DNA of 64,000 nucleotides from a virus (taxonomy: Duplodnaviria > Heunggongvirae > Uroviricota > Caudoviricetes): positions 496,711 to 560,710 of IMG/VR virus record IMGVR_UViG_3300015615_000629. One strand, written 5' to 3'. Position numbers and translations under genes: made by a program. Shown here one piece after another: positions 29,570 to 37,876 of the stretch. Numbering within the stretch: the first letter of the stretch is position 1; every line of letters starts with the position of its first letter. The notes below the pieces were generated by a model. It saw only the letters and a list, made by a program, of their open reading frames with translations, ran no database searches and was not told the DNA's origin.

Positions 29570-30849
29570 TGCCTCAAAAGTAGGTCATGTGCGGAATAAA
29601 TACAACGCTTCAAAACCTTTAAATCACTTGGATTTCCGTTATAAGGCAGTTCTTTCAGAACAAACCCCTGTAAGGCATTTGCGGCGTCTTTAATGGTCTT
29701 CAGATTCGCACTTAAGAACAACAATCCATTCCTTCTTTCCATAAAAGGAACATTTTCTGTCTCTGGTTTGTCCTCGTGCGTTTGTCTTCCGGTCTCTCTT
29801 ACAAAAGAAACCTTGATATCCATCAACGGAACAATATTTCCGGAACTATCAATTAAAGCATCTGAATTTTCAGCTTTTACAGATTCTACGTGCAATTTGC
29901 CTTCCGTATAAGCCGCTCTTAAGCAATTAGCCAAATCCCATCCCAAAGCATAAGTTGTTCCATCATCCCCGACTACATTAATCAAAAATGCTCTTGTTTG
30001 AAATTGCTTGGAAATAGATTCCATTACAATTCGTCGTCTTAAAACGTCTCTTTCTTCCGGAGAACCTTCCGTTAGCCGCTTTTGTTCGGGTTCTGACAAA
30101 TATCTAGAAGGATCATCCTCGTGAAGAGACCAGTTGCCCAATACAACATCGCCCCAACGGCTATTCATCCTAGTTGATAATTGAATAGAATATTCTCTTT
30201 CATTTACAATAATGTCCTCACTGTCCGTACCACTACTTACCTGAACCGCTCCAAGCAAAGATGAAATTAGTTTACGGTGTAAATCCTGCTTTAGGGCTCC
30301 ATAGCCAGAAACTTTAATAAATGAATGAACTAACAACGGATTGGATTCCAATACATCCGATAAATGATTCACAACCGTTGTTGCCGGCATCGTCTGATCT
30401 AATTGGTCTTTAATTAGCTTACGAACTTCATTTGAGGCTTTTTGAACATTAGCGTTTTGTCTAATTAGTTGGATGTTGAAATTATCTTCGATAAACTTCT
30501 CTTGGTAGGAGTTAAGATGTTCTCTATCCCGAACTTGGTTGAGAAGGTCGATAAGGGTTTGGGTATCACCTTTAATAGATTCTCTAAAATAATTCTTTTT
30601 CCAGGTTTCAAAATCGTCAGATTTCTTTTCTTCTGGCATTTCTGGAACCTGGGGGTCTTGGGTGATGTCTTCCGGTTGCTCTTGCTCGGGTTCCTGTTCG
30701 GGAGGAGCGTTTGGGTCCGGTTGTGGCATATTTGGATTCATGGGGCTAACATCGCCCATTGCCGATTGTCCTGCGGCGGGATCGGCCGGGCTTGTGGATG
30801 GAGCGATATCCTCTTGTTCGAGCCACCATTGTACTTTAAGATTCGTCAT
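29563..30849 (-). CDS. hypothetical protein with acidic Pro-rich N-terminus
   Basis: 428-aa ORF overlapping both neighbours. Confidence 0.65.
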   Translation of the reverse strand: MTNLKVQWWLEQEDIAPSTSPADPAAGQSAMGDVSPMNPNMPQPDPNAPPEQEPEQEQPEDITQDPQVPEMPEEKKSDDFETWKKNYFRESIKGDTQTLIDLLNQVRDREHLNSYQEKFIEDNFNIQLIRQNANVQKASNEVRKLIKDQLDQTMPATTVVNHLSDVLESNPLLVHSFIKVSGYGALKQDLHRKLISSLLGAVQVSSGTDSEDIIVNEREYSIQLSTRMNSRWGDVVLGNWSLHEDDPSRYLSEPEQKRLTEGSPEERDVLRRRIVMESISKQFQTRAFLINVVGDDGTTYALGWDLANCLRAAYTEGKLHVESVKAENSDALIDSSGNIVPLMDIKVSFVRETGRQTHEDKPETENVPFMERRNGLLFLSANLKTIKDAANALQGFVLKELPYNGNPSDLKVLKRCIYSAHDLLLRQC

Positions 30850-31306
30850 TATCTTTGTTCCTCTTATTAATTTCGTCTAACATGGCACGACTTCGGCCAT
30901 TTGTAGTGATAGTATTTGTTTGATTAACTGCCAAATATCTAGGAAATGTATCTCTTTCCTTTAATCTTATTCTTGTCTTTAAATCTGCTATTTTAGCCAT
31001 CTTATCGGCTAAATCAGATTTAATCTTTAAAAGGTTAACTAAAGCTTCTTTACTGGAATTGGAGGCATCGCCTTCGTTTAAGACCATATCAGCGAACTTG
31101 TTGATAAAGTCGTCGGTTTGTTTGCGGTCTTCTCTTAAATTATCTGTAATTTCACTAAATGTGTCTAAAAGTTCTTTATCGCTAACCAAATCATCCTTTG
31201 GTTGTTCAACAGGAACGTTTATGTTGACTTGCGGTACGATAGGGTCATTATCTTCAGATTTGATTTCTTCTTCGATGATGATTTCGTCGGTTCTTTTTGA
31301 TTTCAT
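30836..31306 (-). CDS. hypothetical helical protein (weak resemblance to terminase small subunit)
   Basis: 156 aa; two long helices then NQTNTI...RAMLDEI; first gene of the minus-strand block. Confidence 0.5.
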   Translation of the reverse strand: MKSKRTDEIIIEEEIKSEDNDPIVPQVNINVPVEQPKDDLVSDKELLDTFSEITDNLREDRKQTDDFINKFADMVLNEGDASNSSKEALVNLLKIKSDLADKMAKIADLKTRIRLKERDTFPRYLAVNQTNTITTNGRSRAMLDEINKRNKDNDES

Positions 31307-31359
31307 TAATCTTATTTAGTAGTTAGTTAGGCAAAATCGCTATATATAGTGGAGAAGCA

Positions 31360-31638
31360 ATGGAACAAAAACCAGACAGATTTGAGTCTTTTAGAAAGAC
31401 CTTTAACGAAAAAATTAAATCTGTAGAGGATGAACAGTCAAATATTGACAAAACTTTAGATGAAATCCATCAAGAAGTACACGAAGTAGAGAAGAGAATT
31501 ATAGCTTTACAATTGGTTTCAGATAAGAATGAAGGTCGCTGGAACAAGATTATGAATTTCGTAATCCAGTTAATTTGGGTTGCTTTGGCTGCTTATTTAC
31601 TATATACGCTTAAGTTAGAACACGTTAGTTTACCCTAG
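31360..31638 (+). CDS. XhlA/holin-like coiled-coil membrane protein
   Basis: N-terminal coiled coil plus a single C-terminal TM (IMNFVIQLIWVALAAYLLYTL); GGAG RBS. Confidence 0.55.
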   Translation: MEQKPDRFESFRKTFNEKIKSVEDEQSNIDKTLDEIHQEVHEVEKRIIALQLVSDKNEGRWNKIMNFVIQLIWVALAAYLLYTLKLEHVSLP

Positions 31639-31645
31639 AGGAATA

Positions 31646-32134
31646 ATGAAGTTTAAAGAATGGTATTTAAACGAGGCACCATCTACATATCAGAGGTATA
31701 CTCCGTACCGAATGAATCCATATGCGTTGCCCAATATTAATAGATTTGGGCGTCGAGGCGATGAACCATCGCTTTTAGACAAAGCGGTTTCTGGAACTGC
31801 TCACGGAATAGGACAGAATTTCTTAAAAGCACTTTATCCAAAAGGCGTTGGAATGCCACAATATACGCAAACTTTGGGCTTTAGTTTGCGTCCAGAAGAA
31901 CATGAGGATAGAATAGAATATGTAGTAACTGCTCCTTTAGATGGTAATGCTAAGGACAAACAAGCCGAATTACTACAGCATGTGGCTCAAGATCAAGCCA
32001 CTTATTTGCAACAACAAGGAATCGATACTAGATTTGGGAAAATACATTATACTAATGTTGTTGGAAACGAGATAACTGTTCATATTGTCTTCCCGAAAGG
32101 GAACGCCGCTCACATTTTGGGGAATCGCCGATGA
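31646..32134 (+). CDS. hypothetical protein with capsid-targeting-like N-terminus
   Basis: Starts MKFKEWYLNEA; GAGG RBS. Confidence 0.6.
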   Translation: MKFKEWYLNEAPSTYQRYTPYRMNPYALPNINRFGRRGDEPSLLDKAVSGTAHGIGQNFLKALYPKGVGMPQYTQTLGFSLRPEEHEDRIEYVVTAPLDGNAKDKQAELLQHVAQDQATYLQQQGIDTRFGKIHYTNVVGNEITVHIVFPKGNAAHILGNRR

Positions 32135-33630
32135 AAAGTTTTTCAGACTTTATTTCAATAAGAGAAGAGAATGAATCCAATAAAGATTGGAGAAAACATT
32201 ACGTCCAATTAGAAAAAGGCTTTGTTCCACCTCCTAAAATGCGTCCAATTATCGAAGCTTTCTTAAAAAGCGGCGATATTGAACTTATGCATGATACTAC
32301 TAAGCCCGTTAATATGCCTAAGAAATCCTTGTTCTTAGTAGGCGGGCCGGTTAGAGACTTTATTTTAGGTAAGTCTATAAAGGACTATGACTTAGCAACA
32401 AATGCTTCGCCTGAACAAGTTGCCCATATTTTAACTAATGCTGGCTTTTCCATGACTCCAGACAGGAGCGGAAAAGAAGGTGCTCCACTTAATTTAACAT
32501 TTAAACCAGAAGCATCTCGACCAGGAGATAAGAAAACTTGGTTTGTAAAAGGCCGAGATAGTAGTAAAGAAAGAAAAGCATTTGTTATTTCGGCTGTAGT
32601 CGATGGCGAAGAATTCGAAATTGCAACTTTTCGTAAAGACGCCAAAGTCACCGATGGAGCGGCAGAAGTGGATTTTGTCGATAATCCACACGAAGACGCA
32701 TCCAGAAGAGATTTAACGATTAATGCTCTTTATATCGAACTAACCAAACCAGATGGTGAAAACAGCAAATTGTTCGATCCAACTGGGAAAGGTTTGCACG
32801 ATGTAAAGAACAAAAAGATTCAAACCGTGGGCAGTGCCGATGAGAGATTCAATGAAGATAAATTACGTGTAATGCGTGCTATCAGGTTCCATTGCCGCTT
32901 TGGTGGCGGTGCTCAAATGGATCCGGCTATTGAAAAGGCAATCCCTAAGTTTAAGCACTTGGACGGTGTAGCCTTAGAAAGAATTAGGGATGAATTCCTA
33001 AAAGGCTTATTACACCCAGATGTTGATGCTAAATGCTATCTTTCAATATACAAAAGAACCGGATTATTGGAAAAAGTGTTTCCAGGGCTCAGATTTGATC
33101 CTGCTGGTAGTGTTCCTGCCGAATTTTCCGATAAGAAAGATAAACCGCTAGCATTGGCTTGGTTGTTACAACACAATCCAGTGGATAAAGTGGCGGAAAC
33201 CCTTGCTCCAACTAGACTTAGTAGCGGCGAAGACAAAGCGACTGGCTGGACGACTCAAGAGAGAAAAGCGATTTTATTTCTTTTGCAATTAAAAGAATTT
33301 AACGCTGATCGCCTTCCTAATTTCATGAAAATGAGAGAAGGAACAGGACTGAGCAACCAACAGATTAGGGATTGGGTAGACATGTTCAATGTGGGCAACA
33401 CGATGAGAAATCGTCGGCCTTGGTGGGCAAAGCAGGTTAGGGCATTTTCTGATCATGAGAGAACGACATCTTGGCCAGATATTCAGAAAACAGGCGGCCA
33501 TGTTTGCCCAGATTGTCGCGGAATGGGCTGTGAAAAATGCATGGGAACTGGCGAAGTTGCCCCTCATATGAGGTCTAAACTAATTGGGGACGAAGAAATA
33601 AAGAGATTCAAGCAGAAGATTGGCCAATAG
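32131..33630 (+). CDS. cca: tRNA nucleotidyltransferase (CCA-adding / poly(A) polymerase family)
   Basis: FLVGGPVRDFILG..KDYDLAT (GGxxRD, DxD), EIATFR, DASRRDLTINALY (RRD), EDKLRVMRAIRF (EDxxR). Confidence 0.9.
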   Translation: MKSFSDFISIREENESNKDWRKHYVQLEKGFVPPPKMRPIIEAFLKSGDIELMHDTTKPVNMPKKSLFLVGGPVRDFILGKSIKDYDLATNASPEQVAHILTNAGFSMTPDRSGKEGAPLNLTFKPEASRPGDKKTWFVKGRDSSKERKAFVISAVVDGEEFEIATFRKDAKVTDGAAEVDFVDNPHEDASRRDLTINALYIELTKPDGENSKLFDPTGKGLHDVKNKKIQTVGSADERFNEDKLRVMRAIRFHCRFGGGAQMDPAIEKAIPKFKHLDGVALERIRDEFLKGLLHPDVDAKCYLSIYKRTGLLEKVFPGLRFDPAGSVPAEFSDKKDKPLALAWLLQHNPVDKVAETLAPTRLSSGEDKATGWTTQERKAILFLLQLKEFNADRLPNFMKMREGTGLSNQQIRDWVDMFNVGNTMRNRRPWWAKQVRAFSDHERTTSWPDIQKTGGHVCPDCRGMGCEKCMGTGEVAPHMRSKLIGDEEIKRFKQKIGQ

Positions 33631-33659
33631 TTGCGTAATCTTGCGTTTTAGGCTAGAAT
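33631..33659 (+). promoter_or_regulatory. sigma70-type promoter giving a probable leaderless mRNA
   Basis: TTGCGT-17 bp-TAGAAT; ATG 33666 lies 6 nt after the -10; no RBS. Confidence 0.55.
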
Positions 33660-33665
33660 AGGCTT

Positions 33666-34373
33666 ATGAAAATCAAGGGTTTCAAAGAATGGGTGTCGCA
33701 ACCAAGAGTCAAAAAAACCAAATTGGCGATTTTTGACTACGACAAAACCCTAGCTCATACGCCAGAAGCCCCTCAGAAAGGTGAACAGACTCATTCTTGG
33801 AACGGAAAAGATTGGTGGGGAAGCGAAGAATCTCTTTCTGCTCCTTTCTATAACGGCGAAATGAACGAAGAAGTTCATCAAGCCCTTGTCGCCGCAAAAA
33901 GCGACCCTCTTACAAAAACCGTAATCCTAACAGGCCGCAGAGGCGTCGTCGCCCCTTTTATGAGAGGTTGGCTACAAAAACATAACCTCTTCGGTAAAAG
34001 AATTATTCCAGATTCCAACAAATCTGCTCTTGGCCGACATGCTGGCATGGAGCATGAGAACGAGGCACGACCAGATGCCCATGAAGAGTATTATAGTGGC
34101 GATCATGTCTACGAGGACGACTACCCGACTTATGGAAAGAAGAAAGACGGAAGTACGTTAGCCCACAAGACTTACGTTCTAAGAAATAAGTTAATGTCGC
34201 CCGATATTGAACAAATAGACATGTGGGAAGACAGGGCAGATCATGTGCCTGTCTTTATTAAGATATTATTAAACTTGAAGAAAGAATACCCTAATTTAAA
34301 GCAGGCAACCCTTCATAGAGTATATCCAGGCTGGATTCAACATATTCCAATTAAGGATGGAATGGTTTTTTAG
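33666..34373 (+). CDS. HAD-family phosphatase, Swiss Army Knife RNA-repair type
   Basis: IFDYDKTLAHTP (DxD), WWGSEESL, VILTGR, MWEDRADHV. Confidence 0.75.
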   Translation: MKIKGFKEWVSQPRVKKTKLAIFDYDKTLAHTPEAPQKGEQTHSWNGKDWWGSEESLSAPFYNGEMNEEVHQALVAAKSDPLTKTVILTGRRGVVAPFMRGWLQKHNLFGKRIIPDSNKSALGRHAGMEHENEARPDAHEEYYSGDHVYEDDYPTYGKKKDGSTLAHKTYVLRNKLMSPDIEQIDMWEDRADHVPVFIKILLNLKKEYPNLKQATLHRVYPGWIQHIPIKDGMVF

Positions 34374-34427
34374 TTTTATTTGCCTTAAATAAGAATCGAG
34401 ACTATTGATAGGCTCAGGGAGATATAA

Positions 34428-34784
34428 ATGCCGGGTCGTAAATTCTATAAAGTTTCTAAATTCTTGAAAAATAAACTAAATTTAGAGCATCCCATTTATG
34501 TCCGTCGTGTAAAAATGCCCAAAGAGGACTTCGGGGATTGCTGTTTCTATCCGGATGACAAGAAATTCGTTATTCGAATTGAGAGAAATCTTGGCTATTA
34601 CATGGCCATTGAAGTATTACTTCATGAATTTGCTCATGCTGTAGCATGGGATAAATACGACGAACGCTGCAACTTTAAAGTCTCGACAGACTCTTCTGAT
34701 GAACAAAAAAGGCTTCATGGCCCTGATTGGGGTCGTGCCTACTCAAAAGTTTACAGACACTTCTTGGAATATCTAGACAGTTAG
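34428..34784 (+). CDS. zincin-like metallopeptidase (SprT-like)
   Basis: LLHEFAHA (HExxH) and downstream HGPDW. Confidence 0.7.
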   Translation: MPGRKFYKVSKFLKNKLNLEHPIYVRRVKMPKEDFGDCCFYPDDKKFVIRIERNLGYYMAIEVLLHEFAHAVAWDKYDERCNFKVSTDSSDEQKRLHGPDWGRAYSKVYRHFLEYLDS

Positions 34785-34802
34785 TTGCAAACCTGCTATC
34801 TT
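34774..34802 (+). promoter_or_regulatory. sigma70-type extended -10 promoter, probable leaderless mRNA
   Basis: TAGACA-17 bp-TATCTT with TG at -15/-14; ATG 34810 lies 7 nt after the -10. Confidence 0.5.
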
Positions 34803-34809
34803 GTTCTGA

Positions 34810-35847
34810 ATGCAATTAACCGATGAACAACAATACGTCGTAAAAAAAGTTCTGAAATTTGAGAAGAATATAATTAGCGTTGGCGGTTGTGCTGGTACAG
34901 GTAAAAGCACTATCATTAGTCATTTAGTAAACATTCTTCCTAAATTCTCAGTTTGTGCCTATACTGGTAAGGCCGCCAACGTTCTCCGCAAAAAAGGGGT
35001 AAAATCCTCTACTATCCACAGCCTAATCTATGAACCAATCCAGTTACCGGATAATACGGTAGAGTTTTATCTTCGTGATTCTCTTGAGTGTGAAGGGATT
35101 ATTGTAGATGAAGCATCTATGATAAGTTCCGATATCTATTCAGATTTAGTTTCTTTCGACTTGCCAATTATTTTTGTCGGAGATCACTGTCAGTTGGAGC
35201 CTATTGGCGAAGACATTGGTTTAATGAAAAAGCCAGATTATATTCTGGAAAAGATTCATCGAAATGCCGGAGAGATAGCACATTTCGCAGAATATATCCG
35301 TAATGGATATCGTCCAAAGGCATTGGAGAATAGAGGTTTTTCAAAAATCACATTTTTATCGTCAATACCTAAGAAACTTGCTGATTTCGACCAGATAATT
35401 TGTGCTTTCAATAAAACAAGGGTTGCCATTAATAGGTCTGTACGGGAGGAATTAGGATATTCAGGAGATTGGCCACAGGTTGGGGAAAGGGTAATTTGTC
35501 TCAAAAACAACAAGAATCTTGGCATATTCAACGGAATGCAGGGAATTGTAGAGAAGTTATATGCATTGCCGAAGAATAGGATGTGTTTTTATGCCGATGA
35601 TATGAGACATGATTTGCTTTTTGATCCAAAATGTTTCGGAAAAGAAAAAAACGACTTTTCGAAATTCAGCAAAACAGACCCGAATCCCTTCGATTGGGCC
35701 TACTGTAACACCTGTCATAAGATGCAAGGCAGTGAAGATGACAAGATTTGCGTTATTGAGCAAAAGTGCGATCTATGGGACCATCGCCGTTGGGCTTATA
35801 CGGCCGCTTCGCGGGCTAGGGAACACCTTACGTGGATTGCTAACTGA
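34810..35847 (+). CDS. SF1B DNA helicase (Dda/RecD2-like)
   Basis: GCAGTGKST (Walker A), AYTGKAA, TIHSLIY, VDEASMI, VGDHCQLEPI, HKMQGSE, YTAASRA. Confidence 0.9.
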   Translation: MQLTDEQQYVVKKVLKFEKNIISVGGCAGTGKSTIISHLVNILPKFSVCAYTGKAANVLRKKGVKSSTIHSLIYEPIQLPDNTVEFYLRDSLECEGIIVDEASMISSDIYSDLVSFDLPIIFVGDHCQLEPIGEDIGLMKKPDYILEKIHRNAGEIAHFAEYIRNGYRPKALENRGFSKITFLSSIPKKLADFDQIICAFNKTRVAINRSVREELGYSGDWPQVGERVICLKNNKNLGIFNGMQGIVEKLYALPKNRMCFYADDMRHDLLFDPKCFGKEKNDFSKFSKTDPNPFDWAYCNTCHKMQGSEDDKICVIEQKCDLWDHRRWAYTAASRAREHLTWIAN

Positions 35848-35848
35848 C

Positions 35849-35877
35849 TTTACAAATGACAAGAGTTGTGCTAAGAT
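35849..35877 (+). promoter_or_regulatory. sigma70-type extended -10 promoter
   Basis: TTTACA-17 bp-TAAGAT with TG at -15/-14. Confidence 0.55.
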
Positions 35878-35917
35878 AGGGGCATTCCAGGGGAATATCA
35901 CACTAGGAAACACTTCA

Positions 35918-36121
35918 ATGGAAACTATTGATCTCGGCCCTGTTAAATCCTGCAAATTGACTAAGATGGACAACGTTTGCTGTGAAGAAGTCGAACAGCA
36001 AATCAGAAATGCCGCTTATTATAAGTGGGAAGAAGCCGGTCGGCCCGATGGTTATGATGTAGACTTTTGGCTTTCTGCTGAAGAAGACATTCTTAGCCGC
36101 AGACACAAAGTAGAAAAGTGA
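35918..36121 (+). CDS. DUF2934 family protein
   Basis: IRNAAYYKWEEAGRPDGYDVDFWLSAEEDI; start trimmed to ATG 35918 behind AGGA. Confidence 0.75.
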   Translation: METIDLGPVKSCKLTKMDNVCCEEVEQQIRNAAYYKWEEAGRPDGYDVDFWLSAEEDILSRRHKVEK

Positions 36122-36630
36122 AACCGAAAACGATTTACTTTTTAGTAATCTCCTTTTCTATTGTTGCTTCGACATCTGCGGCGGATGTCTATACTTTAAT
36201 TAACAAAGAACGTTTGGGAAATAGTTTACCCAAACTGTCTGTTAATACGAAATTAGTTGAAGCGGCACGGATGCACGCTGACTGGATGGCAACAACAGGG
36301 CAATTTTCTCATTTAGAAGGCGAAGAGCCTAAAACTAAAGAGCAATGGGAAAAGAGCCGTTGGCATCCATTAAATCGCGTTATCCAGACTGGCTATGTGG
36401 ATTTTTCGGTAATCTCGCAACCCGATGCTAATCGGCATGCGAGCGAAATAATTGCTCATGGCTCACCTAATTCTGGAAAAAGTAAATTTAATCCCAAAGT
36501 AATTGTTGATGGTTGGATTAAAAGTCCAGGTCATCACAAGATAATGTTGGGAGATTATAAAGAATTTGGGGCTACCAAAAAAATCTTTAAAGGCCACGTT
36601 TATTGGGTTGTGGTTTTTGGAAACAAATGA
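36118..36630 (+). CDS. CAP (SCP/PR-1) domain protein with signal peptide
   Basis: INKER....L....KLVEAARMHADWMA...FSH, EIIA, WIKSPGHHKIML; hydrophobic N-terminus. Confidence 0.85.
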   Translation: MKPKTIYFLVISFSIVASTSAADVYTLINKERLGNSLPKLSVNTKLVEAARMHADWMATTGQFSHLEGEEPKTKEQWEKSRWHPLNRVIQTGYVDFSVISQPDANRHASEIIAHGSPNSGKSKFNPKVIVDGWIKSPGHHKIMLGDYKEFGATKKIFKGHVYWVVVFGNK

Positions 36631-37052
36631 GCTTTCCTGAAATTTTAGTTTTATCGCGTTCAAAAGCAAAACAATTTGAATGTGAAGTTCCTTGGGCTTG
36701 TATAAGTATCGCAGATGGGGATAATGATTGGCCCAAGTTGTCTAAGTTCCAACAAGTGGACTTGCTTCAATTACACTTTCTTGATAAAGACGTATTTGAA
36801 GATGGTATGGAAGGCGAACTATTCTCAAGTCGCCACGCCAAAAAGATTTTCGACTTTGTTGAAAAGAACCTTGGCAAAATAGAGGTTCTTATGCTACATT
36901 GTTACGCAGGGGTATCTCGTTCCCCTGCGGTAGCAGCGGCTTTATCCAAGGTTTACTTAAACTCAGATGAAGCCTACTTTAAAAAGTTTGTTCCCAACAT
37001 GCTCGTTTACAGAACGATGCTAGAAACCCGTTTTTTGGAGCAAAACCCGTGA
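36627..37052 (+). CDS. protein-tyrosine/dual-specificity phosphatase-like (CX5R)
   Basis: LHCYAGVSRSPAVA P-loop; CISI; LHFLD; PNMLVY; start trimmed to ATG 36627. Confidence 0.85.
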   Translation: MSFPEILVLSRSKAKQFECEVPWACISIADGDNDWPKLSKFQQVDLLQLHFLDKDVFEDGMEGELFSSRHAKKIFDFVEKNLGKIEVLMLHCYAGVSRSPAVAAALSKVYLNSDEAYFKKFVPNMLVYRTMLETRFLEQNP

Positions 37053-37792
37053 AGATGATGCGTTACGGAGAGAATCGGATTGTGGTCCTTACAGGGTTTG
37101 GTCACGAATCCGATCGCTGGGAAACTGTAGTTTCCCATCCCAGATACAATGGTGGTCATTTGATCATGGTCGAAGCATATGAAGGTTCGGAAGACCTTCA
37201 TCACGCTGCCGAGGAAGGCCATAACCGCTGGATTCAAAAACTCAATTCGGAAAAGTTGCCACGTTACATTGAACGAATTGAGTACGTTTACAAGAATATT
37301 CATCCCAAGTTGCAGAAGTCTTACAATCGTGGCCCCCGCGTCTTTGAAATTGGCGAGGCGGTCAAAGTAAGCCCATGTGAGAATCTGGTTGAAGAACTAG
37401 AACACGTTTCAAGGTTTCTAGAATCGCCGCTCGAATACATGGAATTTAATGATGAAGAAAAAGCCTTCATCGAGCGGCACGAAATTAAATTCTCATTCAA
37501 CCATCAGGGATTCATGGGCATGATTTGCCAAGATCACCTGATTTTTAAATGCCCAGTCATGGGTATTTTGTTTGTGGAGAACTTTAGCGAAGATATTACC
37601 TGTGACAGGAAAGAAATCGCTTCGGCTCTCCAAAACATTGTTTTACGTTCCAAGAAATTCATTTCCAAAGTAATGACTTGGGGGGATGAAGAATTCCGCA
37701 AATCCATTTACAAAGGAATGAACGTCGGATCCAATAAAGACGATGACGACGATGAAGACGAGTGTTGCGACGATGACGACTGCTGTGCATAG
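37049..37792 (+). CDS. hypothetical protein with acidic Cys-containing tail
   Basis: 247 aa; ends DDDDDEDECCDDDDCCA. Confidence 0.6.
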   Translation: MKMMRYGENRIVVLTGFGHESDRWETVVSHPRYNGGHLIMVEAYEGSEDLHHAAEEGHNRWIQKLNSEKLPRYIERIEYVYKNIHPKLQKSYNRGPRVFEIGEAVKVSPCENLVEELEHVSRFLESPLEYMEFNDEEKAFIERHEIKFSFNHQGFMGMICQDHLIFKCPVMGILFVENFSEDITCDRKEIASALQNIVLRSKKFISKVMTWGDEEFRKSIYKGMNVGSNKDDDDDEDECCDDDDCCA

Positions 37793-37800
37793 AAAAGGTA

Positions 37801-37838
37801 AAAATACGGCAGTTAGTCGAACTAACTGCCGTATTTTT
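37801..37838. terminator. bidirectional intrinsic terminator
   Basis: AAAATACGGCAGTTAG-TCGAA-CTAACTGCCGTATTTT perfect 16-bp inverted repeat. Confidence 0.85.
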
Positions 37839-37876
37839 ATGCCATGAAATCGCCATTAAATTTTAAACGGTAAAAA

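Noticed and set aside
184-30880. Many 60-180-aa opposite-strand or nested ORFs in the track (e.g. 184-531, 25577-26125, 26261-26743, 21733-22131)
   Set aside because: Shadows of longer, motif-supported genes; no RBS or recognisable domains
30836-31306. Terminase small subunit call
   Set aside because: Only general helical resemblance and no large terminase nearby; left as hypothetical
1179-31359. T4-type late promoter TATAAATA
   Set aside because: Only scattered partial matches (ATAAATA before 13982, CTAAATA before 31306); not consistent enough to call by eye
35609-35917. N-terminal 103 codons of the 170-aa ORF
   Set aside because: Overlaps the helicase 3' end and a promoter; only the DUF2934 part from ATG 35918 is credible
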